A stretch of DNA of 64,000 nt from Octopus sinensis. Taxonomy: Eukaryota. Positions within the stretch are counted from its first letter, which is position 1. Each line of letters begins with the position of its first letter. The notes under the pieces were generated by a model, which did no database searches, was not told the origin of the DNA, and saw only the letters and a program-made list of their open reading frames with translations. The DNA lies in assembly GCF_006345805.1 (NCBI RefSeq), contig NC_043001.1, positions 96,286,001 to 96,350,000 of the forward strand. The letters are read 5' to 3'. A program made the translations under genes and the position numbers. Below are positions 42,331 through 56,991 of this stretch, piece by piece.

Positions 42331-43098
42331 CGCTCATCTCTTACACAGATTCTAGAACTTGCTTATTTGCTTCTTTTGTGTACTCTCTTGTAATAATATT
42401 CTCTTTTTATGTGCTTAACTGTATACAAAATTTCCATTCCATTTATTAAAAGGTAACGAAGCTCGGAGATATTTGGTTTTCTTGATATCGAACAATTACA
42501 TATTTAAAGCGAATCATTAATATTTCAATACATACGAATAATCGTTACTCTTTGTAAAAATATAACTATTTTTCCATTTTCTTTCTTTCCTTTATAAGCG
42601 GAATGTGACCATTCTAATGAAATACGTTATTTCTGCTCTAAGTTGTTTTATTCGTTTTAAAGCTTCCCTTCCAGCGATGTTTTGTACGAGTTATGTGTTC
42701 TTTTGATATGTATAAAAACACGACCTGTATAACCGACACGTTATCTGTTGATTTGAAAATTCTGACATCTAATGATATTGTGATATCAGAATGAAACGTT
42801 GGGTCCGCTGCAAGGTCTTAGTAAAAACATAATATAAGCATATATTTTGCTTCTCTCTCTCCCTTCTCTCCTCTCTCTCTCTCACTCGCTTTCTCTCTCA
42901 CGCACTCTCCAACACATTCTCTCTTTCCTTCACATGCAAGCGTATATGCACATGCTCAAAAAGAGTGCTTTTATATTTGTAGGATATAAAACATTTCAAT
43001 ATTTCAATACATCTGTAGTACTTTTTATGCCTTTAACTGTATAAACGAACGCATGTGTGCGAAGAATTGTATTCTTTCATGTATGCAGGTTTACCTAC

Positions 43099-43226
<128 letters not shown>

Positions 43227-43273
43227 ATACATACACATACATACATATAGATGTACGTATATATATATGTATA

Positions 43274-44099
43274 ATAGCTGACGTACGCGGAAATTGCCGG
43301 AAAAGCGGGGCTAATGCCTTGGTTACATTCTCATAATTGTTTCGCTAATCCAATAAGAACAATACAAAGCATGTAACCCTAAAAACGGGTTTTGTGCATT
43401 TACAGAGAATACCACACTGTCTTACACAGGATTTTGTTGTTAGGAATTCCCAATAAGTTATGAATACCCAAATTGGGAAATCAGTTATGTAATAACATGA
43501 AATTAGTTACCCGATAGTAAGAATTCAAATAAAGTAGCCCCGAAAAAGGTTTTAATGCGTTCCCAGAGTATATAGAACTTAGGAGGAAATATCAATAAGG
43601 TATGTATACTAAAATCATAAAGCATGTTACGTAATAACAAACTAATCAGAGTTGAGATAATAACAATTCTAAATAAATAACTCTGAAAAGGGCGCTAGTG
43701 TTTGTATATTCGTGAATAAGTCACTAATCGAAATAAGTGGCTCCGTTTTTTAGGAAAATACTATTTACTTGTTTAAGGGTTGAACTAGATAAATTACTAA
43801 AATAACTCTAACAGTTCAAATACTAATAAATAAGTATACTCAATTTCATTTATACCAAATAATAGAGGAAAATGAATGGGTTATTTCTCTTGGGTGTTAA
43901 AATATAGAATATATTAGTTATATATAATGATCCCTTCCAGGGGCCATATAATCGGTCTTTTTCAACAATCTGAGTATGCCATGAGGTTTCCAGCCATGAA
44001 TTCTACTTATGTGTCAAGTTTCATCAAAATCGATAAAATCATGCAGGAGGAGTTAGCAAACAAACACACCCACAGACAGAGTTTCTCACATGTAATAGA
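43274..44099 (-). mobile_element. Non-autonomous Helitron (full length)
   Basis: Minus-strand 5' A|TCTATTAC...GTTTGCTAACTCCTCC...GATTTTGATGAAAC and 3' GC-rich hairpin followed by GTACGTCAGCTAT. A paralog at 62991 ends in CTAG. Confidence 0.8.
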
Positions 44100-44879
44100 T
44101 AAATTCTTGCATATATATATGTACATATACATGAGATAATAATTCAGTTAGGTGTTAAACAACCACCGAAAGGATATTAAATACCCAAAGGGCTTACCCA
44201 TATAAATAACATTGCTATGAACTATGTATTTGCATATATATGTATATATTGACTGCAGATATTTCCGTTTTAGCACAATTAAAATAATGTAAAATATTTC
44301 ATTGCAACAGAAAATTTGCTATAATGAGATTGCCCAAAACAAATTGTAAACCTGTTATTTTCTTTACACATGTGTTAGGCAATACAATGAATAAATAAAT
44401 AAAAAGACGAAGCGCATTCTTTGATCTTAATTAAATTATAAATCCAGCCTCATTAAATTGTTTCATGGAATCATTTGCTGCCATTCCATGAAAAAATAAC
44501 TATATTTTGTTATCAAATGAAACAGAAAATTAATGTGTATAACATTTGTAAAGTGTAAAGAAAAGTGAAATGACAGTAGTAATATCTTGTCTCAAAGAGA
44601 CATCTCAAAAAGATTTCTGTATAAAAAACAAACGGTTTTGCTCAGATCATAAGTGGAATATAATGAAAATTTCTAAGTTCTAAGCTAAGCTAAAATTGCT
44701 TGTTGTAATATAGAAATCAGTAGAAGAATGAAAGGTACAAAACTTAAAATTCAAAATAGAATTTATATTTTTTTTATTTCTGAGCAGATAGATTCTATTT
44801 TTAACATTTGCGTAAATCTCAGGGCACTTACTGGCACAATATTGTCTCGAGGTAGCATTCTGCACAATATGTTTCGCAG

Positions 44880-45045
44880 CAACATTTCTTCTGTTTTTAC
44901 GTTCTGAGTTCAAATTCTGCCGAGGTCAGCTTTGCTTTTCCTCTTTTCGGGATCAATGAAATAAAATCAGTTGAGCACAGGAATCAATGTAATCGATCAA
45001 TCACCTCGACCATAAAATTCCAAGACTTGTACTTACAGTTGAAAG
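44880..45045 (+). mobile_element. Degenerate SINE family B
   Basis: GTTCTGAGTTCAAATTCTGCCGAGGTC followed by a decayed core. Confidence 0.7.
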
Positions 45046-45850
45046 AAAAAAAAACCCTTCTATTATTCATTGTCTTTAGCACACAAGTTTCTTCGAGTTA
45101 TTTCTCTGACACGATTCATAAACAGCTAGTGCCGTTTTGCGCTTGTATATGCTTTATAAATTTTTATACAGCGCAAAGGCTGTTTTAAATACGTATATTA
45201 ATATAATTCTAACTTGGCTATCTTTCGCTCAAACAAGTGAATGTTTTGTAAACTGATTTCTATATTACAACAAGCAATTTGCGCTTAGCTCAGAACATCC
45301 GACATTTTCATCACATTCCACCAACGTCCTGAGCAAAGCTGTGTGTTTTTAACACAAATCTTTTTCCGATATTTCTTTGAGACAAGATATTACTACTGTC
45401 ATTTTACCTTTCTTCTATGCACTTTATAAATGTTATACACATTCATTTTCTGATTAATTTGATATCAAAATATAGTTGTACAGCCAATAGCATTTTACTT
45501 GCGATCATTCTATATTGTTAACTATGGTGCAAATTTATACACATATATTAGAATTTTCTCTGACTTCTCAGATTTTTTGTATGCTAGACTACTAGTTTAA
45601 AATTGATATTAAAATTAATATTAATTTATCTCCCTCATTATTTAAATATTGAAATAAATACGTTCTCTAGTAGCAAGCACTAACCGCAGTGAATTATTTA
45701 CTGCAGTTCTTCGCTTCAGGAATTTCTTAGCGCGCCGGAACCAAGACATTTGAAATTTTATCCCTAATGTAATCGGTAAAACTAAGCACGTGTCTATCTT
45801 GGCACAGAAAGCTGGGGTTAGTTTTTCAGATTGCATTTACACTAAACGAT

Positions 45851-45923
45851 TGCACTGATGAAGCCACGGACATTTGAATTATGTAAGTAATTCTTTTGTT
45901 AAAGGCCGAAACCGAGGTATGCA
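45851..45923 (+). ncRNA. Type I hammerhead ribozyme motif
   Basis: TGCA-CTGATGA-[AGCC...GGCC]-GAAAC-CGAG-GTA-TGCA with a mismatched first pair of stem II; lies ~160 bp upstream of (TA)n. Confidence 0.7.
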
Positions 45924-46083
45924 TTTAATTCTGTTTTTTTTATATAAATTTTCATCTGTCCTGCCCGCCAAATTTGGTTCTGGTGTTCGCTGAATTTTTC
46001 CTCTAGAGAATTTTCTTTGTAGTTTGATCGCTAATGATCTATTTCTAGCATACGGCCGACTACCTAGCAGTCTTGCTCCGCCA

Positions 46084-46197
<114 letters not shown>

Positions 46198-46202
46198 CAT
46201 AT

Positions 46203-46289
<87 letters not shown>

Positions 46290-46299
46290 GAGGAGCAGA

Positions 46300-46700
46300 G
46301 GTTGGTAACTGCTCAAAGAAATATGGAAATATCGATGCTGGCAGCGTCGCTGAAAGAGCACATCCTGAGCAAAGCGATCAGAGAGAAATCTGGCGTGAGA
46401 GACATCATCGCTGAAAACAGAAGGCAGAAGTTCAGATGGGTTGGACACGTCTCTCGGTTCACCGACAATCGGTGGAGTCGAGCAGTTGTCAAAGTGGTAT
46501 TCGCGCGAGCGGGTGAGGCCATCCGGAGGGCCTCCAAAATAGTCGGCTGACGAAATACGGTAAGCGTTTGGAGCTACGTGAATGAGGAAGGTACGATTCA
46601 GAGAGGAATGGACAGCGTGCTGTGACCAGTAGAGTCGAAACGATACCCGCCACTTAAGAGAGCAGGTCTCAGATGACTAAACGGAGGAACCAAAAGTAAA
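46300..46700 (+). mobile_element. RTE-clade LINE 3' fragment
   Basis: [38 protein letters not shown]. Confidence 0.8.
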
Positions 46701-46902
46701 CATACATACATGCATGCACACATACATACATACATACATACATATATACATATATAAATATAAATATATGCGCACGTACGTACATCATATTGGCTTATAT
46801 ACATGCACACATATATGTGCTTGTATATGCATTTATATCTTTCTCTCTCCCTCTCTTTATTTTTATTTTTTACTTTCTCCCTGTGTATATATATATATAT
46901 AA

Positions 46903-47206
46903 GGCGCGTGGCTTAGTGGTTAGGGTATTCGCAGGGGCGCGAGTTCAATTCCTGGCAGCACGTTGTATCTTTGTGCAAGTCACTTTATTTCACGTTGCTC
47001 CAGTCCACTCAGTTGGCAAAAATGAGTAGTACCTGTATTTCAATGGGTCAACCTTGTCACTCTGTGTTAAGCTGAATCTCACTCAGAAGTATATAAAGAG
47101 GTATGCGTGTCTGTGGAGTGCTCAGCCACTTGCACGTTAATCTCACGAGCGAGCTGTTCCGTTGATCGTATCAGCTGGAACTCTCGTCGTCGTAAGCGAC
47201 GGCGTG

Positions 47207-47209
<3 letters not shown>
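46903..47209 (+). mobile_element. tRNA-derived SINE (family D)
   Basis: GGCGCGTGGCTTAGTGG A-box and GAGTTCAATTCC B-box; flanked by (TA)n. Confidence 0.85.
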
Positions 47210-47298
<89 letters not shown>

Positions 47299-47359
47299 TT
47301 CATCTTACCTAAGTCAAATAAATGTCACTGCTTCCTCTTTGGAATAATTCAAAGGCATG

Positions 47360-47970
47360 ATGCTTAAGTGGTTTAACTTTCTAACTTACTTCAGGCAAAA
47401 AAAAAGAGAAAAACAAATCGCCTTTTTTCCGTTTGGCATTAGAGAATATTATCCAACGGCATGCATCCTTACCAATATCATAAACTTCCTCAAATTTATC
47501 ACCCTATACATTAAAGCAATAAAGCAACAGAAATGGATACATTATTTAGGTTTAAAAAATCTACCTTATACCATAACAATGCACTATGGCCTAAAAAGAA
47601 AAACATCGAACCTTTTGGCGTAAGTATGGGAGTAAAAGACTTGCAGATCATTATGTTATAAGTATGAATGAGGATTTCTCCTTTGTATTCAGCGAATTGT
47701 ATAAAGATGATGGCTATTAGTTCTCAGATAATCTAATTTACAAAACACTGACTGCTTCAGAAAGAACTTGCGCAACTACCTTATGAGATCGGGCTTTCTA
47801 TAAGTATTCAAGAAGTTTCAAAAACAGTAAACTTCCTGGATGTTATCTTTAATTTATACAACCCACACACTCACTCTTTAAAATGCCTAATGAAAGGCTG
47901 AAATATATGCACACATCTTCAAACCACCCCAAGAGCATCACTAAAAATTTTGTAAGAAGCATATTGATTA
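47360..47970 (+). pseudogene. Penelope-like element RT remnant
   Basis: Across frameshifts: KWF...FGIREYYP, FGVSMG, LYKDDG (catalytic DD), KTVNFLDVIFNL and PNERLKYMHTSSNHPKSITKN. Confidence 0.8.
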
Positions 47971-49669
47971 GTCTTCTCATTATCTTCTAACGAAGTTGAA
48001 TACAATTTTGAAACACTCTGGGAGACTGGATTTACTGAACCTTAAATACGTCCAAACTAATAATTTCAGTTTGCCAGGCATAGAAAAAACATGAGTAAAT
48101 TTGTATAATTCAGCTGAAAACCGAACAGTTTTTAAAATTGTAACACCATCAATTCTCACACCACCATAATCTCAAAAAACATAAAATTTTCTTATTCCCA
48201 ACCTCTAACTTCTCCCAAATTATAGCAAAAATCAGTGTACCTAACTTAAAAGCTCAACACAGTCCACCAGATTTCTGCATTGCTGCTGCACATCAGAGAG
48301 CAACAGTTGCAAAGTATAATAACTAAAATACAATGCCATATCTGAAACCAGTATTTCTTGTTTACTATATTGGATTGACCTCCAAACCCTCAAAAACACA
48401 CGTGGATACACAGATATACACACGCCACACACACACACACACACACACATATATTAAAGTTACTTAGAGGATAAGTTAACCTCCGAAAGGAATGGGTGCA
48501 TCCAAGGAAATACGGGATGCAAGAAAGAAACAAAAAAAACTACCCCTGCTGACTTAGTGCATTAGCATAGTTCGAAACCGTTGTTTTCAATCTCCAACTT
48601 CTGAACAAACATTCAACGTTAATTTCGACTTGCTGACACTGGACTCTCCAAATGTTCAAAATATCTCAGATTTGTTAACTTTTCCATTTTGGAAAGCCAT
48701 AACTTACCCCGCTTCCTTCGTCCACACATACCTCTTCGCCATGACATCATTAGCTCATATAACACTTCACTCTAAAACTCAAACCCAGCGACAACCAATA
48801 TGTATCGACACGACTGTGTCTCATTGTGAATTCCTTCATATTTATGTTTTGTTGCCTTGTCATTATACTCGCCTACACATTTTTGATTATTTACAACAGA
48901 ATATCGATGATTTATTTTGCCGTAATTTATATTTTATTGGCCTTTATAAACTGCCTTGGAAACGTTGTCATATTCCAATACAGTCTTGCAGATATTTTCC
49001 CCAGTAAATGTAAATATATCGACATTGGCATGCATCTGCTACTCACGCCATTTGATGATTCATTTGTATACGTGCTATATGTGTGTTTATATGTGCTAAA
49101 TCTTTATTATATTTCATACATATATGGCTCCTGGTGGGCTTGCATGTATATAAGTGTATATGTATACGTGTGCTTGTGTATGCGTGTGTATGCTTGTGTG
49201 TGTGCTTGCCTGTGTATGTGTGTGCTTCAGTGTGCTTCTCTATGTGCTTGCGCTCGTGTATACTCATTGTCTATGCGTTTATGAAGCTTTATGTATGTAG
49301 TTATAGTTAGTATGTATGTATATCTATATACATACACATATGTCCAAAAAATATATACATAAAAGTGCACACCATACAATTATATACATATATACATGTG
49401 TGAAAAAATGCATACTTACATAAACGCACACACGCATAAAACTATATATACACACACACACATAAAATTATGTATATAGGTGTATAAGTGTACATGTGAA
49501 TACAATCGTGAATAAGCGCATGCGTATACATATATATCCCTGAAAGTGTGAATATTTGTATGGAGAAATGCATATTTTGTATATGTATATATGTATGTAT
49601 ATATATGTGCGTATGTGTGTGTTCATGTATACATAATTCATTACATATAATATATATTATATATATATA

Positions 49670-49725
<56 letters not shown>

Positions 49726-50046
49726 ATATCTATACATACATAGACATATGTATACGTATGCATGAGTGTGTGTATTTATGTATGTACACGCTTGAAGAAT
49801 ATAACATAAATATTTGTACTTTTGTAAACTTTCAGCTTATATATTTATTTTATTATGATATCCAGTGGTTTTTTTCCCATTCCCATTATCAATATTACAG
49901 TGCAAAATCCTTATTTTTACCTTTGTATTCAGGCTTTTGACCACGACAGTGCATGTGTATATATATATATATATCTATATATTATATATTTATATATATA
50001 TATATAATATATATATATTAATATATATAGATATATATATAATATA

Positions 50047-50092
<46 letters not shown>

Positions 50093-50209
50093 GTATGTAT
50101 GCATGCATGTATGTATACGTTATATATATTTATACATATGTGCACATATGTATGTCTCTTTTTCTCTGTCTGTCTGTCTGTCTCTCTATATATATTTATA
50201 TAAATACAT

Positions 50210-50245
<36 letters not shown>

Positions 50246-50506
50246 TTAAATAATATAATACATATGTATATGTATATGTATATATATATATATATTATAT
50301 ATATATATATATATATATCTATATATATATATATATATTTATATGCACAGGCACACATACACATACATGAGAAAGGGAATGGAAAAAAACCCCAGAAAAG
50401 TGGAGAGAATAAGACCGACAATGAGAGAGAAAATGAAACAGAGAGTGTAAGAGAGCGAGAGAGAGAGAGAGACAGAGGAAAGAGAGAAGGGGGAGTGAGA
50501 CATAGA

Positions 50507-50542
<36 letters not shown>

Positions 50543-50878
50543 AATCACACATACATACAGTTACACGTTTGCTTAACTGAGAGTGTCATTTGAGATAAAA
50601 TAGCTTTTAGCTGTTTTTATTTGAGTATCTAAACCTGTGTTTGAATAGTCGTGTTCACACATATATAAAGATAAAAACAATTTCAATTTTGAAACCTAGT
50701 AACGTAACAGCTATTTATTATGAATATTGGTAAAGAAGTTTATCTCTTTTCTCTTTTCTTCTCTTTGTAATGTGTCTCTTCGCGTGTCCTGTATTCATAT
50801 TTGGAAGTACTCGTTCTAGAAGTGTCTGTTCATGACTCTATAACTGTACATAAATGAACGCAAGCTCACACACGCACG

Positions 50879-50925
<47 letters not shown>

Positions 50926-50987
50926 ACACACGCACACACACACACAAAACACACACACACACACACACGTACAAACACACACACACA

Positions 50988-51034
<47 letters not shown>

Positions 51035-51232
51035 GTTATTTATGTGCGTGTCCATACGTCTGCATGTATATGCATCATATATAGATATTAGTGTAAGGAC
51101 AGGCTCATATACGTGTGTGTGAGTTTGTACATGTAAATATATCTAGACATAGTCGCAGATATACATACATGTACATATATATATAAATATATGCATACAT
51201 GGGCAAATAAATATATTCATGTATACGTTCTA

Positions 51233-51371
51233 AATATTTACATACACACACACACACGTGCGTACGCGTACAAGAACATACACACATATGCCTGTACTTG
51301 CATGCACATATATATATATATGTGTGTGTAGGCTTACTTATGTATATGTATATATATATATATATACATAC

Positions 51372-51440
<69 letters not shown>

Positions 51441-51730
51441 CTTGTACTTATGTATAAATACGTAAGTATATATAATACATATATATATATATATATTTAT
51501 ACATATATGTATATATACATACACATATATGCATATTATATGTATATATATATATTATACATATATATATGCATATATATGTGTATGTATATATACATAT
51601 ATGTATAAATATATATATATATGATATATATATACTTACGTATTTACATACATAAATACAAATACATATATGTATAAATATATATAATATGTATATATTA
51701 TATATACTTACGTATATACATAAATACAAG

Positions 51731-51782
<52 letters not shown>

Positions 51783-51925
51783 ATGTATGTATGTATGTAT
51801 TATATATATATATAATATACATAAGTAAGAATACACCACCATATATATATATATGTGTATGCAAGTACAGGCATATGTGTGTATGTTCTTGTACGCGTAC
51901 GCACGTGTGTGTGTATGTAAATATT
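51233..51925. repeat. Inverted duplication of a low-complexity tract
   Basis: The non-repetitive CACGTGCGTACGCGTACAAGAACATACACACATATGCCTGTACTTGCAT is mirrored at about 51858-51906, with further mirrored inner segments. Confidence 0.8.
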
Positions 51926-51969
51926 ATATATATAATATATAGATATATATATAGATATATAATGGATAG

Positions 51970-52016
<47 letters not shown>

Positions 52017-52770
52017 AAGAAAGAGAAAGAGAGAGAAATATATACATGCATACACACACACGTACACATGCACACACACAAACACGCACACACATATACA
52101 TACATATTGACACATTTTTATATTTATATCTTTATGTATATATTTCTCTCTCAATTTCCAATACTTGAACGTTCACAAAAGATATTCTTCCTAAGTATCT
52201 GCCGGTGGGAAAAATGATTCTTAGCGCAATTTCTTTGAAAAGATTTATTTGCCCACATATAATACTTATTTACTTCTAGCATTTTTTTTGTTACCTTGTC
52301 ATTCTTAGTGTTATGATATATATCTATGAAATGAGATATTGTTAACACTAGACGTACCAAAGAATCATTTTTGACCCATTTCAATTTCCTCCTCACTATT
52401 ACATGAAGCATATAAAAGTTATCGCATTGGGCTTCTTACTTTCTCTCTCATGAATTTTGCTGTAATTCTTAAAGATGAAATCCATTATTTGATATTTTAT
52501 TTACCTTTCTTTAATATTTGCACATCTACCTAGAAAGATAGTAAAATATATCTAGTATTTCTGGTGTTAAATGGAAAGAAATCGGAATATATTCTATCTG
52601 CACGGTTTGCACGAAGTAAATGAAAATTCGGTTATTTAACTGCTTGCATAGTCATAACTGATTTCAAAGAAGACATTCAGAGTACAACTCCTGATTGACA
52701 CAACCGAACTTTTCACGATTCAAATGAGTGAATCATCTGCTAGAAATAGAACTTATATTTCTATCATATA

Positions 52771-53001
52771 AGAGAGAGGCGTACGCCGCTATATATATAT
52801 ATGTATAAAAAAATACAAACTGGGACAAGAACGCAAAACATTTAGAAGACGATACAAAAAACACGGACGGGACATTCGAAGCCTTCAATGCCGTCGTGAT
52901 AACACCAACATTCTTTTTCTCTACCCCAAGGCACATTCCTAACACGCCAGCTGAGTTTAATTCGTCCTAGTCGAAAGACGCCTGTTTGTGGTGTCCTGTT
53001 A

Positions 53002-53057
<56 letters not shown>

Positions 53058-53367
53058 GTTTTTAGATATTATTATTATCATTATTATTGTTTTACGTATT
53101 ATTTTTGTATTCATATTCGTGTAACATCGTCGGTTTTTCTGTCCTTGTTTTGTATACATTCGAAGCTTTCTTCCAAGGAATCTAATGCGCTTAGCTTAGT
53201 TTTTCCTTGGGGCTGGCCGGATTGGAGTAATCTCAAGATTGATCAGCCGAAATTGCGAGGATAATCCAGTTCTTGACTGAAGATTGAAGGCTTCGAATGT
53301 CCCGTCCGTGTTTTTTGTATCGTCTTCTAAATGTTTTGCGTTCTTGTCCAAGTTTGTATTTTTTTAT
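52771..53367. mobile_element. Element with ~87-bp inverted arms and a 20-bp flanking direct repeat
   Basis: Arms at 52803-52889 and 53283-53369; ACTTATATTTCTATCATATA at 52751-52770 and 53368-53387; internal (TTA)n. Confidence 0.8.
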
Positions 53368-53488
53368 ACTTATATTTCTATCATATATCCAACCCTATTG
53401 GAATGGAAACGGGTAAGTTTGTGCAATATATACTAAACAATGATGAGAAACGTAAAGGTTGTAACTTGATTATTTTCGATTAGGATAA

Positions 53489-53742
53489 GGCGGCGAGCTG
53501 GCAGAAACGTTAGCACGCCGGGCGAAATGCGTTGCCGTATTTCGTCTGTCGTTACGTTCCGAGTTCAAACTCTTTGCCTTCGCCTTTCATCCTTTCATCC
53601 TTTGCCCTTTGCCTTTCATCCTTTCGGGGTCGATAAATTAAGTACCAGTTACGCACTGGGGTCGATGTAATCGACTTAATCCCTTTTGTCTGTCCTTGTT
53701 TGTCCCCTCTGTGTTTAGCCCCTTGTGGGCAGTAAAGAAATA
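53489..53742 (+). mobile_element. SINE family B monomer with 17-bp TSD
   Basis: TATTTTCGA(T/C)TAGGATA at 53471-53487 and 53743-53759. Confidence 0.9.
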
Positions 53743-54299
53743 TATTTTCGACTAGGATAGCCTTTGATTAGGCCTGCCCGATTTGGACTGATCTGAATCG
53801 AAACAAAAGTATTTGCTGGTCAATAACATTAATTTAAACACATTTTCCTCTTAGTTGAATGGCTATATTTATTTTTCTAACAAAAGTGCAGTTTACCCAA
53901 TAGCTTTAAATGAGATATAGCAGAGGGAATCCAGTAGTTAAGGTCCGTAGCATTGCGAGGGTATACGGGGTGCGCGCGCATTTGATATAGTCGAAAGTAT
54001 TACGTTTAAGGAAGGTCTGTATAGTTAAGGTACCACTCAAGACGGCCAATCAGGGCGGCCAAAACCCTAGTCAGTGATTAGGATATTGTGATAAAGATCC
54101 TTAGGTCGTGGGTTTGATTTACTATTTAGAATTGTATGACTCAGGTATAGATTTAAGTACAACCCAGACCTTCTGGACATTGATTGTCCGGAGACTCTTA
54201 TAATCCGTACTAAATTACGTGCAGGAACTTCAAATTCCCGTCTCTATCAGACTACTCTACTAGTAACTTGCACAGATTAGTAACTTGCACAGTACAGTA

Positions 54300-54669
54300 T
54301 TATTACCTCCGCCTTAGCGATGGCGGAGGTATTGTTTTTTCAGTCGTGTTTGACTTTGTTTCTTTGTCCGTGGACAAGGTATCTCAAGAACCACTGGATG
54401 AAACTTTCGGGGATGTTTGGCCTCGTGACTGGCAAGAACTGATTAGATTTTGGAATCGATTTGGCACCGGACAAAGATTCTGGATTATTTTGTCCTATTT
54501 TCATTTTACTTAATTTCTTAGAGCGGTCGGATTCATTTTGAGTATTCTAGTTTGTGAGAGCAGCCGAGTTTATTTCAGATATTCCCATTTTAAAAATCAT
54601 CTCTGGCTAATCGTTGCGAGAACGTTGGTGTTTTCTTGGGGAGGTTGGCGCTGACTGAGTGCTCTTGTT
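54300..54669 (+). mobile_element. Helentron-associated non-autonomous element (HINE/DINE-1-like)
   Basis: TTATTACCTCCGCC..GGCGGAGGT 5' palindrome, degenerate 3' subTIR TTGGGGAGGT, stem-loop GCGCTGACTGAGTGC and a TT end. Confidence 0.7.
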
Positions 54670-54740
54670 AAACTTGTATCGCTTATACTAATGTACAGAT
54701 AACCGTATTTTACTTGTTTAATAAATTTAATTTTTTTTTT

Positions 54741-56020
54741 GATTTAGAAAAATCAGTATTCGAGAATGCCTTTGGAACGAAACGTTTCAGAAAATCGATG
54801 TTGTTCCAGATTAGATATTTGATATATCAGTATTCTGGTCGAAATACTGTTCCTTACAAATTCTTTACGCACAGAAGGCTTGCTTTCGTCCAAGTAGATC
54901 TTTCTTGTCGAATTTATTCGGCAGAGAGATCCTAAAACTTTTTGAGAAATCAGATGCTATTTCGCATTTCAATTAAAAGGCTCCTGTCAAACCAATCTGT
55001 CAAGCCAATCTGTCAAAGCCTATCTGATACCTGTAACAGAAAGGGTCAACCACTTTTCGATCAGAGATACCCTGAGGCTGAAAATAACATTCCTTCAACT
55101 AAAAACAGTTTACTTTTTGCTGTACAAAAATATGTTTTAAGCATGTTTTTTTTTGTAGTAAAGCCATATATTTTCCTAAAAATAATAACTGTTTGGTTAA
55201 GAGGGCGCAGATATGGTTGCGAGGTTAAGAACTTTGCTCTACAATCATGCGAGCAAGTGATCGCTGACTTGACAACCAGAAGATCTTCTTAGTTATGTTA
55301 AAGATGAGTTAATACTTTTGTTAATCGAACGGCTGAAACGATCAATTCGTCAGAGATCGGCTGCGCGTTTGTAATATGATTGTTGTGAAGGTGCGCATTT
55401 GATTGTTAAAGTGTTAGGCTCACGATCAAACAGCTGTGGGTCCGATTTCTTGATCGGAAGATCCGGTATTGAGTTATGTCCTTGAGAATTACACATTACT
55501 CCACCTCATTTCACATTACTCAAGTTAACTCAACTGAAATGAGCACCAGCTAAATGCTGATGTAACCCTCTTTCTTTGGTAAAATAGATTTATTTTGAAT
55601 TTGTGGTCAAAAGTCCTGCATCTTCTAGGGAATTTTAGAGGAAAATAAAAATTATGATGTTAAACGTTTACCTTAAGTGAATAACAGCGTAAGGGAAGCG
55701 GATTTCTTTCAACCGGGAATCGAAACTGGGTCTCCATAAATATTTGCTCTAAGGTGATGTAGTAGATGTGATTGAATTTTTGGATTTAGAGAGTGACCAG
55801 CCCTGATTTAGAAAAATCGGTATTCGAGAATACCTTTGGAACGAAACGTTTCAGAAAATCGATGTTGTACCAGATTAGATATTTGATATATCAGTATTCT
55901 GGTCGAAATACTGTTTTAACTTTGTCATAGAGTTCCTTACAAAGTTCTTTCAACCGGGAATCGAAACTGGGTCTCCGTAAATACTTGCTCTAAGGTGATG
56001 TAGTAGATGTGATTGAATTA
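54741..56020. repeat. Local shuffled duplications
   Basis: ~110 bp at 54741 recurs at about 55805, and ~75 bp at 55703 recurs at about 55945. Confidence 0.8.
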
Positions 56021-56724
56021 GCTATATGGCTATATTTCTGACAAAAATCGATCTTTTTGTATTTCTCCGAATACATACAATTTCAGTGGTTGATCTAAAC
56101 TTCTTTCGGCAAAAGTATCTTTGAGTGAATGATGTATTGGTCTTACATCTTAGTCAAAGGACAATCTCATTTCAATAACGACGGGAATCATATTAATGGC
56201 TTAATAATAGCAAGATGTATCAACAATGTTTTCTTTTCATTTAAAAAGGTGAAACGATATATAATAGAAACGACCTTCTGTCTCAGTAATCTTTTTGCAT
56301 CTCAACAAATACATACAATCAACAGGTTACCAATGGAATCAAATAAATCAAAGAAATGTGGTATTTATCAATATTTAATTTCTGATACTTTTATAAAGTA
56401 ATATAGACCGAATAGTTCGTGTTGAGCTTTCTTGAAATGTTAGCCATTATATGTAGTAGCATTATTGTGAAATGATCGGAGGTGTGTTACTATGCGAGAG
56501 AGAAGAGATTGCGAGTCCGTAGGGTATCAGATAATAGGATCCGGCCCAATGCGTTATAATATATTAGTATTGTAAACGTAACCAGGGGAGTTAGCGATCA
56601 AATGAACTACACCACATTACTGCACATATATATCACAAGGTAAGTAGTAGATGCACTGAAATAATGATGTGTATTCTATTAAATTGCATTGCGGAAGATC
56701 TCAACTCATCAAGCAAGTGTAGAT

Positions 56725-56755
<31 letters not shown>

Positions 56756-56901
56756 AAAGCAATAAAGATTCAAGTTAATTTAAATGAATTTACTTGAATA
56801 TGGTACCTAACTTAGATGCACCAAAAAAAAATTATACTGTTTTAACATACAGTAATGTGGGGTGATTATAAGCGAGAAAGAAGCATCAAGAATGGATAGG
56901 T

Positions 56902-56991
56902 TTTTAGTACAAGCGTTTCATACAAGGACAGGCTTATTAAATGTTGCAAAAATTACAGCATATAAACGTGTCCCGTACTCATCAGCTAAAA
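56902..56991 (-). ncRNA. Type I hammerhead ribozyme motif
   Basis: Minus strand reads TTTTAG-CTGATGA-[GTACGGGACA...TGTCCTTGTAT]-GAAAC-GCTT-GTA-CTAAAA; ~150 bp from (TA)n. Confidence 0.85.

Noticed and set aside
42750-42805. Hairpin ATTCTGA..TCAGAAT followed by GAAACGTT
   Set aside because: The core is non-canonical and there is no stem I.
54775-54795. CGAAACGTTTC palindrome, also at about 55842
   Set aside because: No CUGANGA core is correctly positioned.
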